Source: Lingula anatina
Lineage: Eukaryota; Animalia; Brachiopoda
DNA length: 64,000 nucleotides
Direction: 5' to 3'
NCBI GenBank assembly: GCA_051362555.1
Contig: CM120647.1
Span: 4,898,001-4,962,000 of the forward strand
The position numbers were made by a program, and so were the translations under genes. Below are positions 1 through 13,759 of the stretch, piece after piece. Numbering within the stretch: position 1 is the first letter of the stretch; every line of letters starts with the position of its first letter. A model generated the notes under the pieces. That model was not told where the DNA came from, did no database searches, and saw only the letters and a program-made list of their open reading frames with translations.

Positions 1-999
1 GTGACCGAGGCTTTAACTGACACTGCACGTCATATTTTGTATCAAGGCAAAGAGAAAAAGCCAAGTGTTGTGATATAAAAATAGACGTTGACCCGCTATC
101 TAAAAGCGCGAGTGCGTTTATCTTGTCATTCACTCTCACTGTAACGATGGGCAAAGTCACACACACCGATGCTTTTAAAAGCACGCTGACGCATAACCCG
201 CCGCCTCAACTGACAAAACACTAATATTAGTCACGATTGACGATCTCGCACCCTGATCGGCATGAGTTGTTTCGGAGAATACGTGAAGTAATCTCGAGTG
301 CTAATAAGCACAACCGGACACCTTGTACATGGGGAAAAGGGTCCGCGTCTTAACAATTGAAACACAACTTGCCTTTGTTCACCAACTTGATTCGCCCTGA
401 CACGTCAATTTTCCTGAAATCGTCACACTGACAAACAACACAAGGGACAAAATGTCGGTTTGGCCACACTTTTTAATTTTTATGGATGACATCCTCTGGG
501 GACCCTGAAATCGGTGTGAGAGGGCGGAAAAAACAGTTAAAAAAAGATGCTGCCTAAGTAAAGGAATGCTGCCAGTAAACACAAATTTACCACAGAAGCA
601 CGTATCAAACTAACGATACAGGGTTACTACTTAATATGGCAAACAATTGAAACACAGCTTGCGGCTGTTCACCAACGCGATTCGCGCTGAAACGTCCATT
701 TTCTTGAAATCGTCTCACTGACAAAAAACACAAGGGACAAAATGTCGGTTTAATACTTATGTTTGACGGAACTTCGTCTTGTTTAGCCCTTGAAAACGAG
801 ATAAAATAAGTAGCCCGTTTTGGTAAAGAGTGGTATTCGTAAACCGGGTCGTTGGCGTCCGCAGCTGATACGGTCATGTAATCTGCGAACTAAGTACAGT
901 ACGTCACAGATCTGTCCCGCCTTGAGCTGACGTCATGTAGTGAAGACGAGACAAAGAAGAAGAAGAGTGGCTGACGCGGAGTTTGAAGTCTGAACTAAA

Positions 1000-2100
1000 G
1001 CCCCCGTCACACTTATTCGGAATCAGCAGGAATCAAGCAGAACCAGCCAGAATGACTAAATATAAAAATTCGTACTACATTCGGGAAGAAATTTCAAATT
1101 GACCTAAATTATTGTAAGCATTCCGTTGGAATACTCAGAATGCGCTTGAATCTGCCTGGAATGATTCGTGCACATTTCGGCTGTATTAGCTTTCAAATGC
1201 AGCTCGAATGTAGTTGGAAAACTAAGCATATCAGTAATGCTGTCAGAATGCAGTCAGAATATTTAGAATACGCTTCGAATGCCGTACGAGTGTAGTTCGA
1301 TTGCTGGCTGAAATAGGATCGAGATGCATTCGAGTTGCATTCCGGCTCATTCTAGCAGGATTTAAAGTGTCTTAATTGCCATTTCCCCAGCAGGCATAGT
1401 CGCATTGATCCAGCCACGTCAAAACACCGACATAATGTGACGTTGACTCAACGTTGTATTTTGGTCATTGACACAACCTTGCAGACATGGATTGTAATTT
1501 AAAACATTAACTATTGAAAACATGATACCTTGTTTATATATATATAAAGAAAATAACTATATATATTAAGCTAAACCTTGGAAATTTTAACTTAAAGGCC
1601 ATACATATAAACCCTACATATGTTTTGTACCAAAAATAAAAACATTTCAGGTCATTTTAATGTCTTTTCATGCAAGAATGTTGTCAAACAATTGCGGTTG
1701 ATACAATGTTGTTATCTGACATTGAGTCAACTTTCAAATACAATGTTTATCTAACGTATTGTCAACGTTATGGTTCAACGTTGTTTAAACGTTAAAACAA
1801 CATAATTTGCCCGCTGGGTTGGTTCTCCCTCGAATGTGATCAGAATGTTTCGAATGCTGTCGGAATGCCGTGAAAATATTTAGAATGCAGTCATAGTGTA
1901 GTTAGAATACTTTTCGAATGCCATTCGATAATTTTCCACTTGGAATGCACTTCAAAAGTTTTTTTTAACATCAGCAAAACAATCGGGCCGGCCACAAAAA
2001 TGGGTAAAAATATTTGGAATGCACTCGGAATTTTTAAAATGCTCTTCAAATATCCAGGATCGCACAAAGAATTGTCGTTCCAACGGCATTCATGTTCATT
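1000..2100. mobile_element. Truncated non-autonomous TIR element (PIF/Harbinger-like), rich in GAATG/CATTC motifs
   Basis: Starts TAA|AGCCCCCGTCACAC, resembling the end of the MITE at 10610. Many GAATG/CATTC repeats follow. No matching right end; it abuts an array promoter copy at about 2100. Confidence 0.45.
1386..1818. mobile_element. CMC/EnSpm-like MITE nested in the previous element
   Basis: Imperfect TIRs CCCAGCAGGCA ... TGCCCGCTGGG and repeated subterminal CAACGTT motifs. No clear TSD. Confidence 0.5.
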
Positions 2101-2270
2101 CCAATAAGTGAATAGTTTAAAAGGCTGTCATCCGTGGAGGGTGCAAAGGTAAAATGCATCCAATCAGCTTTGTGAACATTATGGAAGGGAGCAGTTTGAG
2201 GAAACGTCCGCTGAAATGCATCATGAAAAATATAATTGATTGTTTTCTTCATAGCTGAAAAACACCCTTT
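2100..2270 (-). promoter_or_regulatory. Copy of the EF-hand array proximal promoter; exon 1 absent
   Basis: Same block (TTTAAAAGGCTGT..GTGGAGGGTGCAAAGGTAAAATGCATCCAATCAG on +) as lies upstream of exon 1 in the intact copies; contains a CCAAT motif and a TATA-like TTTAAA. Confidence 0.55.
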
Positions 2271-2934
2271 CGTTGTGCAATCAGTTTATTTTTTCCTTCA
2301 AACTTTAATAATATGATAACTTTACAAGTACATATTTTATGACTAAGTTAATTAGCAATAAAATAGTAATTTAGGCAATAATTTAAGAACGTATCCACAA
2401 CTACTGACTCTAAAATAATTAAAATGTAGTACGTAATAATATTTGGACAGTTTTCACAGTTCAAATTTTAGCTGTAATCAATGTCATAGAATTTATTGTT
2501 TGATGACAAATTCAACAAATCAATTAAAAAAAAAAACATCAAGTGACGTTGATGTTTTCAGTTTATTTGCATTTCAGCTGGTACTTTACTAAATGTTACT
2601 CTTACTTAAAAGCTTTCGAAATTATTAAATACAATTTCATTCAAATCCGCTCATGTCATTTTTGATAGTCATAGTTAAATGGACTTATTTACCCTTGAGC
2701 AAAAAAGAGCTTCATTGTGCTTGTGAATATTTGGCTGCATAAATGAATATCAATATTTTTACGACAGATCACCTTGTGGTTTTCATTTATAATTTAGTAT
2801 TATTATTTTTATTATAATTATCTTATATGACTAATAGTACAGAAAATAAAACATGCCTCACCAACAAACGTGTCATACGAGAATTAGCACAGAAGTAAAA
2901 AATCTATTAAATCACTAAATGTCATCAAATTCAC

Positions 2935-3200
2935 ACATTTTCCTTTTCAATGGCATCTGTTCAATAAAACCAAATGATAAATCACCGCCCTGCTGAAAGT
3001 CAAATACATTTAGTCACTGTGATCATCATTACTACGCTTTTCACTCTTGCCATAATTTGCAATGTGACATAAATTTTTTGCCGAATTATTCAAAGGTCAT
3101 TGTGGAGTCATTGTCAGCATTCAGTGTTGTATGGAAAACCGTCGAATTAATCAAGCCATTTAGACCTACAGCCGGAAGGTCGACCTCCTAAAAGGTAATT
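2935..3200 (-). pseudogene. Highly decayed EF-hand (SCP-like) exon 2 remnant with internal deletion
   Basis: Segments TCCTTTTCAATG, AAAACCAAATGAT, ACTACGCTTTTCA and GTCATTGTCAGCAT match exon 2 of the intact copies in order; no ORF survives. Confidence 0.55.
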
Positions 3201-3699
3201 GCTGATATCCAGAATATTCACATTATGTACATGAACTATTACTCAAATGTAAAACAACGGTAGACAGAAGCGTTTATTTCCAGAAATTATAAGTGAAACG
3301 TATTACTATTTTCCGCGTTTCGTTATTATAGTGGAAAATTATTGTATTCACGGTTTGTGATGTAAAAGAAGGTACGTGGAGATGTTTGGGTATATGACCT
3401 AATGAGGTACAGTTATGAATAGTAGTTCAATGCACGTCCAATGAAGATTGGCGTGGGTGGTATAAAAGGGAGGATACAGGTAATAGTGGTCACTTTCTAG
3501 CCTGCTTGCGGAAGGGCGGTATCATTTTTTTCCAAAATAATTATTACATTAAATAATATTTAATTAGATCACGCCCAGTTTTTTTTCCAGGATCTATGTG
3601 GATTTCATCTCTGTTATCCTCTGGGCTTGATGAAAACTGTTATATATATATAAACATAAAGTTACAGTAGTTATGGTAAAAATGTAAATACAGTTTATT

Positions 3700-5590
3700 T
3701 GATTAATACAGAATCGGCGTCTAGCAACATTTTTAAATGTAAATAAGTTTATTAAAACATGGCAACCAAAAGGTTGAAGTTATACATAAAATGGAGTGAG
3801 AATAAAATTTACAAATTAAAATAATGATATACAGGTATAACATAGGATATGCAAATAGAACTAAATGAGATAAAAAAAGGATTAATTAAAATAAATGAAT
3901 AAAACAAATTTTGCACAGGCATCTGAATATTAGTGTAAAAGAGGACTGAGTAATGATAATTAAATACAATAAAGGCCAAAATGAGTTTCAAAAGTAAAAC
4001 TTAGACCACTAATGGTTTAATAAAGAGAAAGGAATAAAAGCGTTTTTTTAAAACGTTCAGTTTTAATTTTTGGTATGTTAAACATTGACAGGCTATTTCT
4101 TAGTCTCCTGTGTGGATTGCAGGTTAAAAGGTAGTTCAGCTTGTCTGTGTCATTTTGTATTTTTGCAAAGAATGATTTGCAGAGTTCAACTCTGCGCTCT
4201 TTTAATGTAATAAGTTTTTCTTTGGCTAGAGCATCAACATAAGTTAATTCAGGGAAAATGATCCTAAGTGCCCTTGACTGGATGGATTCTATTATTTTAC
4301 ATTGTTCTCCAGTTAATCCAGGGTGCCACACAGGACAAGCATATTCAACCACGATCCGAATTAAACTCTGATATACATGAACAAGATCAGATGAGGACAG
4401 TTTAGCACGTTTAAGCTGGCGCAGAAAAAACAATCGTATGCATGCTTTTTTATAGATAAAATCAACATGTTCAGACCATTTAAGATTGTTAATGATAAAA
4501 ACACCCAACAGTTTGAACCGGGACTTCACTGACATGAGTTCCTCTAATATTAACTGATTGACATTTTGTCTTTGATTGTGTAAAGTTTACTGTCATAGCT
4601 TTTGTTTTGGTGGCATTTAGTCTCATATTGTTCCTTTCTGTCCAGTCAATGATTTCATTTGCGGCCTGTTGTAATCTACTACAGGCATTAAAGTCGCATA
4701 CCTCAAACACGGTTGTATCATCCACGAACTTGTAGTCTGGGCAGCTAGCCTTAAGGTCGTTTATCATGATAATGAATAATAAGGGACCCAGCAATGTTCC
4801 CTGAGGGACGCCACCGTGAATGTGCTTCCAGCTAGAGAGTACGTCTTTGTATTTGACTCTTTGAGAGCGACCACAAAGGAAAGATCTTACCCAGCTGACA
4901 AGGGTATCAGGTACACCTTGGTTGTGAAGTTTACGTTCTAGAATGTTTTGATCAATTAGGTCAAAGGACTTTGAGAAGTCAAGGAAAAGGATCATGAGGA
5001 ATGACTTGCTTTTATGTGAAGGCTCAAGACCGCTCATCCATAAGTGGATTAGTTCTACTAGGGCATGCGTTGTGGAACTGCCATGCACAACACCTAACTG
5101 TGTTCTATCAATAATTACAAAACCCCAAAACCACTTTACTATATAGAACCTTGCTGAGAATTTGTGTCAAAGATAAAGGTCTGAGGTCACATTCAATTGA
5201 CTAAGGTTGTGGTACTTTAGGTAGTGGAACCACATCAGCTGATTCCCAGATTGCAGGAACATGACCCTCACGGATGGAGCTGTTGAAAATTGCACATATT
5301 GGGTTAGAAAGGAACCCAGCAAAATTTCTCAGAATCCAGGTTGGTAATTGGTCAGGACCTATTGCTTTGGAAGTCTTTAACTTAAGAAGTTGTTTTTCTA
5401 CTTCCAAGGGGTTGATTGTGAAGTAGGATGTGGTGAAAGTCTCATGAAGATCGATTTGTTTGGGATCTAGAGGAAAGAGGCTTTCGCTGACTGACTTGAA
5501 GAAGAATTTGATTTTGTTGGTGAGCTCCAGTGTGTTGCCTTCACACACATTGTCAGCTAGATTCTGGAGAGAACTATTCATGAACATCAG
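3700..5590 (-). mobile_element. 5'-truncated, frameshifted non-LTR retrotransposon (CR1/L2-group ORF2 reverse transcriptase)
   Basis: ORFs 5201-5587, 4489-5088 and 4017-4535 contain KAIGPD, LDFSKSFD, GVPQGTLLGP, KFVDD, EYACPVW and KTERFKK. The reading frame is broken; the 3' boundary is approximate. Confidence 0.9.
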
Positions 5591-6558
5591 CGGGCTGTCG
5601 GCAAAACGTAATTTTGCGTCCGATTTTATTTTGAAGGGAGAAAATTGGTGTATATTTTAAGAAATGGTGGGGCACATACTTCCTAAAGCAAAGGGGTGAC
5701 TTGCAGAGCTGAGTGACATAAGAAAATTCTGGCTTTTCCGTAAACAACCAATTACCAACAACTACACAGCACGAGGTGGAAACATCGTTCTCATAGATTG
5801 ATCAATTGTTGTGCTTTACAAAAATCATAACATCTTTTTTTTTTTTTTTTTGTAATGGGCTAATATTTCTAGAAGGTTCCGAGGTACATAGCATGCAATC
5901 GTATTCTTTTTTGTCAATTAGCGATAATTTAATCAATAATTAAAGCACACATCCACACCTCCTAAATTAAATAATGATTAAGTAAATAAAATATATTTGG
6001 TATGTTGTCATATTTGGACAGTTTTCAAAGTTCAGATCCTTATGGTTCGATGACAAAATCAACAAATCAAAAAGAACATCACGTGGCATTGATGTTTCCA
6101 TTTAATTTGCATTTCAGCTGGTACTTAACGAAATGTTACTTCAACTTAAACGCTTGAGAATTTATTTAGAAAGATTTCATTCGAATCCACTCGTGTAATT
6201 TTCAATAGTTATTAAACATTTGATTTGCCTTTACTTTTTTTTCTTCCCCGCCATATAGATATTGATTAAGCCAAAGTAACAGAGTCGGCAGTTAACAGAC
6301 TTGGTGACACGTGTAGGCGGGCTTCCCATAGACTCATAACAATGCACTAACATTGACAGCACCAGTCAGCATCATGTTATACGACTGACAAGCGGGTATT
6401 GCAACATATTGATGCTGGTTTATTCTAGTTAAAATACACATTTGAACACTTTACAGGGACATATTATTGGAATAAGAATCATGATGTCTGTTTACAATCC
6501 TATGCATAATACATTCTTGGTCAAAAAGGTTGTCCCAGTCACTCTAAATTTTTACGCT

Positions 6559-6562
<4 letters not shown>

Positions 6563-6618
<56 letters not shown>
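6563..6618. repeat. (TA)n microsatellite
   Basis: Pure TA run. Others at about 52400-52482, 53884-53966 and 63124-63190; a (GA)n run at about 53564-53600. Confidence 0.95.
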
Positions 6619-6621
<3 letters not shown>

Positions 6622-6725
6622 TGCATAGTAACCATACCTAAGTCACAGAAAAAAATAGAGCCTTCAACCTGAAAGTCATGCGTGCACTAATGACACATAT
6701 TGTTATTCATGGGTTTCCCTGCATC

Positions 6726-7868
6726 TCACGGGCCGAAAAATGGAGATTCCTTATTTTTGTTGAGGAAATATTCAACGATTGCTTTGGCAAACTCATCCTT
6801 TTCAATGTAGTTATTATGGTTTTCATCAGTAAAACCAAACGATGAATTGGTGCCCTGATGAACGTTGTATACTGCAAGGTAGTCCCTGTGTTCATCAATA
6901 CTACGCTTTCCATTGTCATCATAATCTGCTATATCAAATATCTTTCTGGACGTAGTATTTAACGATTTTGCTGCGAAAGCGGGATTTAAAAGATCGATGC
7001 GCACGTGTATCGAAATGAAGTCATCCAGGTCGAAAACACTTTCGTATTCATGCATCCTCTGGAACAGACCAAAAGGTTGACCAGAGTCTGGTAACAGTAT
7101 CGTTGAAACCATTGATTTTGTCTGCCAGAAAATATACTTTGGCTCTTTCAACGGGAATATCAACATACTCATGGCGGTTCACAATGCCGTCATTGTCAGC
7201 ATCCAATAATGCAAAAAAGCGTTCCATTTTAGCACGCCATTCAGCCGGCAGGCCCTGAAAGTAATTGGCTACTATTAACAATTTGATCTGCAAAAAACTA
7301 ATATTCAAATGTAAAACAACTGGAACGATAGCAATAAATCATAGCTTATTCTGTCAGAGTCCGTTTAAGGAATACGTTTCATACCCCTTTTCAACACCGG
7401 CTACGAATTCCACGAACTGCCAGATATTAATAAATGGCAGGGTTTTTACTTTGATCGGGATAATTATTTTAAGTTCCTCACTGATTCTTATGTCAATCAG
7501 TTCAAAATGTTGTTTAAAATAGTTTATATTCATTCAGTTATAAATAATTCTATCACGACAGCAATGACCTAAACTTAAACTCCCCCTCAACCAAGATGCA
7601 AAACAGACATTTTAAACGTGACTCACATTATATTAAATACCTTCATGTGTATATTCAATACTATACACTATACTATACACTAACTGAGCGGGTGCTTTAT
7701 TGTGTTAACTCAGTACTTAGGTTCAGCTATATGTGGGAGCAAGGCATAAAACAAACGGAACGTGAGCCTTACCTTCAGACGATTCTGAACTCCAGAACAG
7801 AGTCTCCCAAGTACATAAGCAACCACCATTAGCAACCAAAACACACGTGGGAAAGACATTTTAGTCAT
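6726..7868 (-). pseudogene. Secreted SCP-like EF-hand gene copy A, frameshifted (exon 1 7868-7773, exon 2 7254-6726)
   Basis: Exon 1 MTKMSFPRVFWLLMVVAYVLGRLCSGVQNRLK ends AAG|GTAAGG; acceptor TTTCAG|GGCCTG. A 4-nt insertion near 7050 (TATTCATGCATCC versus TATTCATCC) breaks exon 2. Confidence 0.85.
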
Positions 7869-8635
7869 ATACTGAGCAAGATCGTCGATTTTAGATCAGG
7901 GTTCTATGCGTTCTGTGCCGCCTCGAATAAGAGAATGATTTAAAAAGACTGTTACTCGTGGAAGGTGCAAAGGTAAAATGCATCCAATCAGATTTGTCAA
8001 CGTGATGGAAGAGGAGTGTAAGGAAACAGCGCCAGCTGAAATACATAATGATTATTGTAATTGATTGATTCCTTCATAGATGAAATGAACCCTTTCGGTT
8101 GTGCATTTTTTTATTTTTTTTTTCAAACTTAAACAATATACCAATTTTACAAGTACATATATTAACGACAACGCTTAGTATTTATTAAATAAAACAATTC
8201 ATTCAAATCCGCTTATGTTATTTTTGATAGCCATTAAACATTTGATATAAATTTACTGTGTTTTTCTTAGCCGTCACATAACACGTGCAGGCGGGCTTCC
8301 CATAGACTGATAACAATGTACTAACATTGATAGCACCAGTTAGCATCATGTTATACAGCTGACAAGCGGGTATTGCAACATATTGATGCTGGTTTATTCT
8401 TGTTAAAATACACATTTGAACACATTTCATGGACCAATAATGGAATAAGAATCATGATGTCTGTTATAATTCCATGCATAAGACATTCTTGGTCAAAAAG
8501 GTTGTCCCATTCAATCTTAAATTTTAACGTAGGTGGAGAGAATGCACAGTAACCATGCCTAAGGCATAGAAAAAAAATAGAGCCTTTAACCCAAAAGTAG
8601 TGGCATATATTGTCATTTATGGGTTTCCCTACATT

Positions 8636-9944
8636 TTACGGACCGAATACTGGAGATTTCTTATTTTTGTTGAGGAAATAATCAACGACTGCTTTGGCAA
8701 ACTCCTCCTTTTCAATGAGGTTATTATGGTTTTCATCAGTAAAGCCAAACGATGAATTGATGCCCTGATGAACGTTGTATACTGCAAGGTAGTCTCTGTG
8801 TTCATCAATACTAAGCTTTCCATTGTCATCATAATCTACTATATCAAATGTTTTTCTGGCCACAGTTTTTAACGAATTTGCCGCGAAAGCGGGCTTTAAA
8901 AGATCGATGCGCACGTGTATCGAAATGAAGTCATCCAGGTCGAAAACACTTTCGTATTCATCCTCTGGAACAGACCAAAATGTAGACCAGAGTCTGGTAA
9001 CAGTATCGTTAAAATCATTGATTTTGTCTGCCAGAAAATATACTTTGGCTCTTTCAACGGGAATATCAACATACTCGTGGCGGTTCACAATTCCGTCATT
9101 GTCAGCATCCAGTATGGCGAAAAAGCGTTCCATTTTAGCACACCATTCAGCCGGCAGGCCCTGAAAGTTATTGGCTACTATTAACAATTTGATATGCAAA
9201 AAAATAATTTTCAAATGTCAAACAACTGGAACGATAGCAATAAACCATAGCTTATTCTGTTAGAGTCCGTTAAAGGTACACGTTTCATACCCTTTTTCAA
9301 CACCGGTTACGAATTCCACGAACCGCCAGATATTGATAAATCGCAGGGTTTTTACTTAAATCGGGCTTATACTTTTAAGTTTCTCACTGATTCTTATTAA
9401 TTGTCTGTCAATTCTTGCAATTCTTGAGAGAACGTGAAATCGGGACAAAGGTGTTGAGCTGTTCAACATTTTGTTAAAAAATATTAAATATTTATTCAAT
9501 TATGAATAAATCTATCACGACAACAATGGCCCAAACTTAAACGCCTTCTCAACCAAGATGCAAAACAGACATTTAAAACGTGACTCACATTTTATTAAAT
9601 ACCTTGATGCGTATATTTAATACTATACACTATACTATACACTAACAAGAATGCTTCATTATGCACTTACTGTGATGCCTGTCAATTCAAAAAAAGAGCA
9701 ACAATAAACCGTATCGACCTCATTCTCATCCACCATGTAGGTGGTTATCATCATTTGGTCTCGACATGTTTTGAATACACCAGTCAGTTGGGTGGGTGCT
9801 TTATTATGTCAACCCAATACTCTGGTTCAGTATTTGTGTGAGCCTTACCTTCAGACGATTCTGAGCTCCAGAAGAGTGGCTCCCAAGTATATAAGTAACA
9901 ACCAACATCAAGCAAAACACACGTGGAAAAAACATTTTAGTCAT
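8636..9944 (-). CDS. Secreted SCP/aequorin-fold EF-hand protein copy B, 206 aa (exon 1 9944-9849, exon 2 9160-8636)
   Basis: A 96-nt signal-peptide exon MTKMFFPRVFCLMLVVTYILGSHSSGAQNRLK joins in phase 0 (GT-AG) to a 525-nt exon. EF loops DADNDGIVNRHE, DYDDNGKLSIDE and DENHNNLIEKEE; C-terminus FGP. Confidence 0.88.
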
Positions 9945-10609
9945 ATTCTGAGCAAAACTGTCGCCTTTTCATAAACGTTCTATGCGTTCTGTGCCGCCTG
10001 GAATAAGTGAATGATTTAAAAAGACTGTTACTCGTGGATGGTGCAAAGGTAAAATGCATCCAATCAGCTTTATGAACGTGATAGATGGGGGTAGTTTAAG
10101 GAAACAGCGCACGATTAAATACGTAATGATGATGGTATATGGTTTATTTCTTTATAGATGAAAAAGCGCCATTTTGTTTGTGTGATTGTTTTTTGTCTAA
10201 AAACTTAATAAAATACCTACTTTACAAATACATTTGTTTACGACTGCGCTTATTTTCCTACTAAATCAGAGGTTCTCATGCTCGTTGCCCTAGATCAGTG
10301 CCATTCGTGGGTACCTTCTTTCTCTCACCACTTGTGTAATTCTATAAATCTCCTTTGATAACATGATTTTGGTCAATTAGTTATTTAATAATCATCCACG
10401 AAACAATAAAGCACGTATCCAGAGATCCTGAATCTAAAATAAATTAAATATATATTTAGTATGTTGTCATATTTGGACAGTTATCACAATTCAGATTCTA
10501 GCTGTAATCAACGTCATAGAAATTATTGTCTGATGGCGAAATCAATTAACCAATAAGAACATCACGTGCCGTTGATGTTTTCAGTTTATTTGCATTTCAG
10601 CTGGTATAA

Positions 10610-11512
10610 AGTCTCGGTCACAACTTGCCGTACGGGCTCTTACGGGCTCTTATTTTGCGCAGAATCTCACGTGCAACGCAAGTCTGTCTTGCGAACTTTG
10701 GAGTTCGCAGTCAGCCCGTATGCACGTACGGAGGATGTTTGACATGTCGAAAAGATCCTACGAACCTACGAATAATCTGCGAACAGCGAGGCTGCAAACG
10801 TACCTTGCTTCACTCGCAAAGAGTTTGCAAGTGAGAGGTGAGTTGTCCAAGACGCACGTCGCAAGCAATGAAGGAGCAAGTGCCTTTTGCGTGTTGAGTA
10901 CGAGACACGCCCTCACAATTAACGACCAAAGTCGAAAGCACCGCGGAAGTGCGTCGCACGTGCGTCACCCCTACGCCAGTAGAATAAAAGGTGTACTCCC
11001 GACGCACGCTCGTGTCTCAAAAATGAATGCAGATCGTACAACCTGTGCAACATTTTTTTAAATTTTCGGATTTTGCTTAATTCAGCTTCTAATATGCCTT
11101 CAAAAGGCAAAAAACCAACTTAGAAAGCAGAAAAAGGGGAGAAAGAAGTAGAAAGAAGGGGAGAACATGCAGTACGCAAAACTGACCTACGCGGTTAGTA
11201 CGTCATCACAAGTGTGTGAGGCAAGTGTGAAGCAAAATGGAACTACTTTCGCTGTGCGTTGATTTCTCTACAATGGTGTTGAGCGCGAGCCACGTACGCA
11301 GGTAGAAAGACAAACTCAAGAAATGAGTACAATTTCCACAGCCCCTGCACCTTGCAATTAGCGTTCCTGCTTGGAAGGACATCTCATTTAGCCCCTGAAA
11401 CTCGCAAGGCAGATTTTCGTCTACCTCTAAGACCTCCACGGCTTCTACTGCACGCAAAATTCGCAGGGGACGTACGATCCTAAAATTCGTGCGTCCGGTT
11501 GTGACCTTGGCT
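10610..11512. mobile_element. PIF/Harbinger-type MITE
   Basis: TIRs AGTCTCGGTCACAAC / GTTGTGACCTTGGCT with TAA on both sides; it interrupts sequence that is contiguous in other array units. A related right end is at positions 1-15 of the window. Confidence 0.75.
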
Positions 11513-11569
11513 TAACTGAATGTCACTCCTATTTAAAGGCTTTGAATTTATTTAATAAAAGTTCATTCC

Positions 11570-12398
11570 AATAAAGGGAACCGGAGAAGATCAGCATTGG
11601 TCAGAATTGTGCCGGAAGTGACGTGCAGTGGTGTTAGAAATGGAGCTGAGTGGTCATTTTAACATAGAGGTGAACGGCAGTGAAGACGGGTTGTCGGAGG
11701 AAAAAGAAGTTTTCTAAACAACATGGTAAGATAACTCTCTTTTTTACGCATTTTGGGCAGAGAAAACTTGTAGAAATAATAAATGCATGATATGAAAACG
11801 TGACACGGAACTTGAGTGCAAAATCGTGGTCAATATATTAAAAAAAGGTACAGCTGTACACAGCAGTCGGAGATCGGTACATTCCACTTGTTAGTTACGA
11901 ACTACTTCCTGGTTTTCACAAGGTCCTTCAAGACCTCTAAAACATCGTTGTAGTTGCAGCCCATACCATAAAACACCCCAAAATACTTAGATATGGACAT
12001 ATCGGATTATATTAATACCAAATTTCCACATGACAACGATTTATAGACTCCCGGGAATTATTTCCCCTTTGCGCTTTTTGTCGCGCTGGCGGTCGACGCA
12101 GCATTTATTTCTAAACAAGTTGACCGCAAATTAAGCACGATTTTGCACCTTCAAGTTCCGTGTCACGTTTTCATATCATGCATTTATTATTTCTACAAGT
12201 CTTCTCTGCCCAAAATGCGTAAAAAAAAGAGAGTTATCTTACCATGTTGTTTAGAAAACTTCTTTTTCCTCCGACAACCCGTCTTCACTGCCGTTCACCT
12301 CTATGTTAAAATAACCACTCAGCTTCGTTTCTAACACCACTGCACGTCACTTCCGGCACAATTCTGACCAATGCTGATCTTCTCCGGTTCCCTTTATT
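11570..12398. mobile_element. Foldback element with about 260-bp near-perfect inverted arms
   Basis: 11570-11830 is the reverse complement of about 12135-12398 (AATAAAGGGAACCGGAGAAG ... CTTCTCCGGTTCCCTTTATT). It is absent from the other array units. Confidence 0.8.
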
Positions 12399-13759
12399 CG
12401 TTCATGCAATTTTTATAATCATTAAACATATGATATGAATGTACTGTTTTTCCCCGGCCATATTGATATTGATATTGATTAAGTCATAGTAACAGAGACG
12501 GCAGTGAACAGACTGGGTAACACGTATAGACGGGCTTCCCATAGACTGATAACAATGTACTAACACTGATAGTACCAGTCAGCATCATGTTATACAACTG
12601 ACAAGCGGGCATTGCAACATCGTGATGGTGGCTTATTCTAGAAAGTTAAATGGCGGGAGAACCAGACACATGCGGCAGTCTACTTAAATGTCCAAGAAAT
12701 TGTTCGACCACTGTACTGCGATTGAGTTTTCTAGAGACTGAAGTGAAATGAGTACGAAAGTTGTAGGTACTGTATTGTACCGACTAATTGTTTTAAACAT
12801 AAAATTGGCTGAATTGTTATTCATGTGGATGCTTTCAAAAAGGAGCTGGTACTAGCGGCTACACAAGTGGGAACTAAATTGTTTGCAAGCATGCCTGTGT
12901 CTCCAGTGCAAGACTTCCGCATAAAATACATCTAGATTACTGTTGCCCAGTTGACCGAAAAGATCAAACAAAGTCGGCCCGAGTCTTGGATATTGTGTGC
13001 CAGAACAACCCTCAACCCAGAAACCCAAAATTCTGAATAGCTTTCACGGGCCAGTGTGCAGCTGTTTTCAAAGTCACATAAATTATTTTTGACGGTGAGA
13101 ACAACGAATCAATAAAACTTTTTTTCTTGCATCAAATTTGCGGTATACATTTCATGTGTCTTTTTCCTGTCACATAGATATTGGGAAAGTCATAATTATA
13201 AAGGCGGTTAGCTGTGAATAGACCGAGTGACAAGTGCAGACGGGTTTTTCATAGACTGAATATTATGATCTTATGTGCATTGGAGATACCAGTAAACAAA
13301 GTGTAATACAAACGACACGCTAGTATTGCAACATGATGCTGCCTCACACTTGTCAAAGTACACATTTAAACACTTTTCATCGACCTGTTAACTAGAATGA
13401 TAAACAGCTGTAAATCATTTTAAATAGTGTTTTTTATTTCATATAACATATCTGACATGACTCGTGGTACAGAAATGCAAAAGACCTTTGAAGATATCCC
13501 TATTTTATACCATTTTAAAGTAATTTATTGCATGCTTCAAGTCAAATATGAGGTTTCACGGTGATTATCACAGGAGTGAAATGGTAATTAAATGAAAAAA
13601 TACACCACCAATGTCACCGAATTTACACATCAGTTAGAATCTGCACTGAACATAGGTCCATTTAAGGCCACGTGCCAAGTAGCATTTGTCTATACCTCAT
13701 GAGTAGTAAAAGTATGTTGATTTCGACCTGCAATTTTCACCAAGACCATATACTTTTAA

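Noticed and set aside
355-880. Short ORFs and a roughly 110-bp direct repeat (355-462 / 644-751) as a THAP-like gene
   Set aside because: Only a vague YHSLPK resemblance with no complete C2CH motif; probably decayed repeat DNA.
7615-7670. Extra micro-exon at GTGAGTCAC (minus strand) in the array introns
   Set aside because: The candidate exon has an immediate phase-0 stop and the flanking exons already join in frame; TGACTCA may instead be an AP-1 site.
8218-8430. Recurrent ORF MCILTRINQHQ..IPACQLYNMMLTG (also 54054-54395) as a second gene family
   Set aside because: Paralogous copies near 6330 and 30270 have an in-frame TGA and others have indels; no consistent start or splice signals.
8636-9944. 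Calling the EF-hand genes photoproteins (aequorin/obelin)
   Set aside because: The fold is shared, but I cannot identify the His/Trp/Tyr coelenterazine triads, and overall resemblance is closer to annelid SCP.
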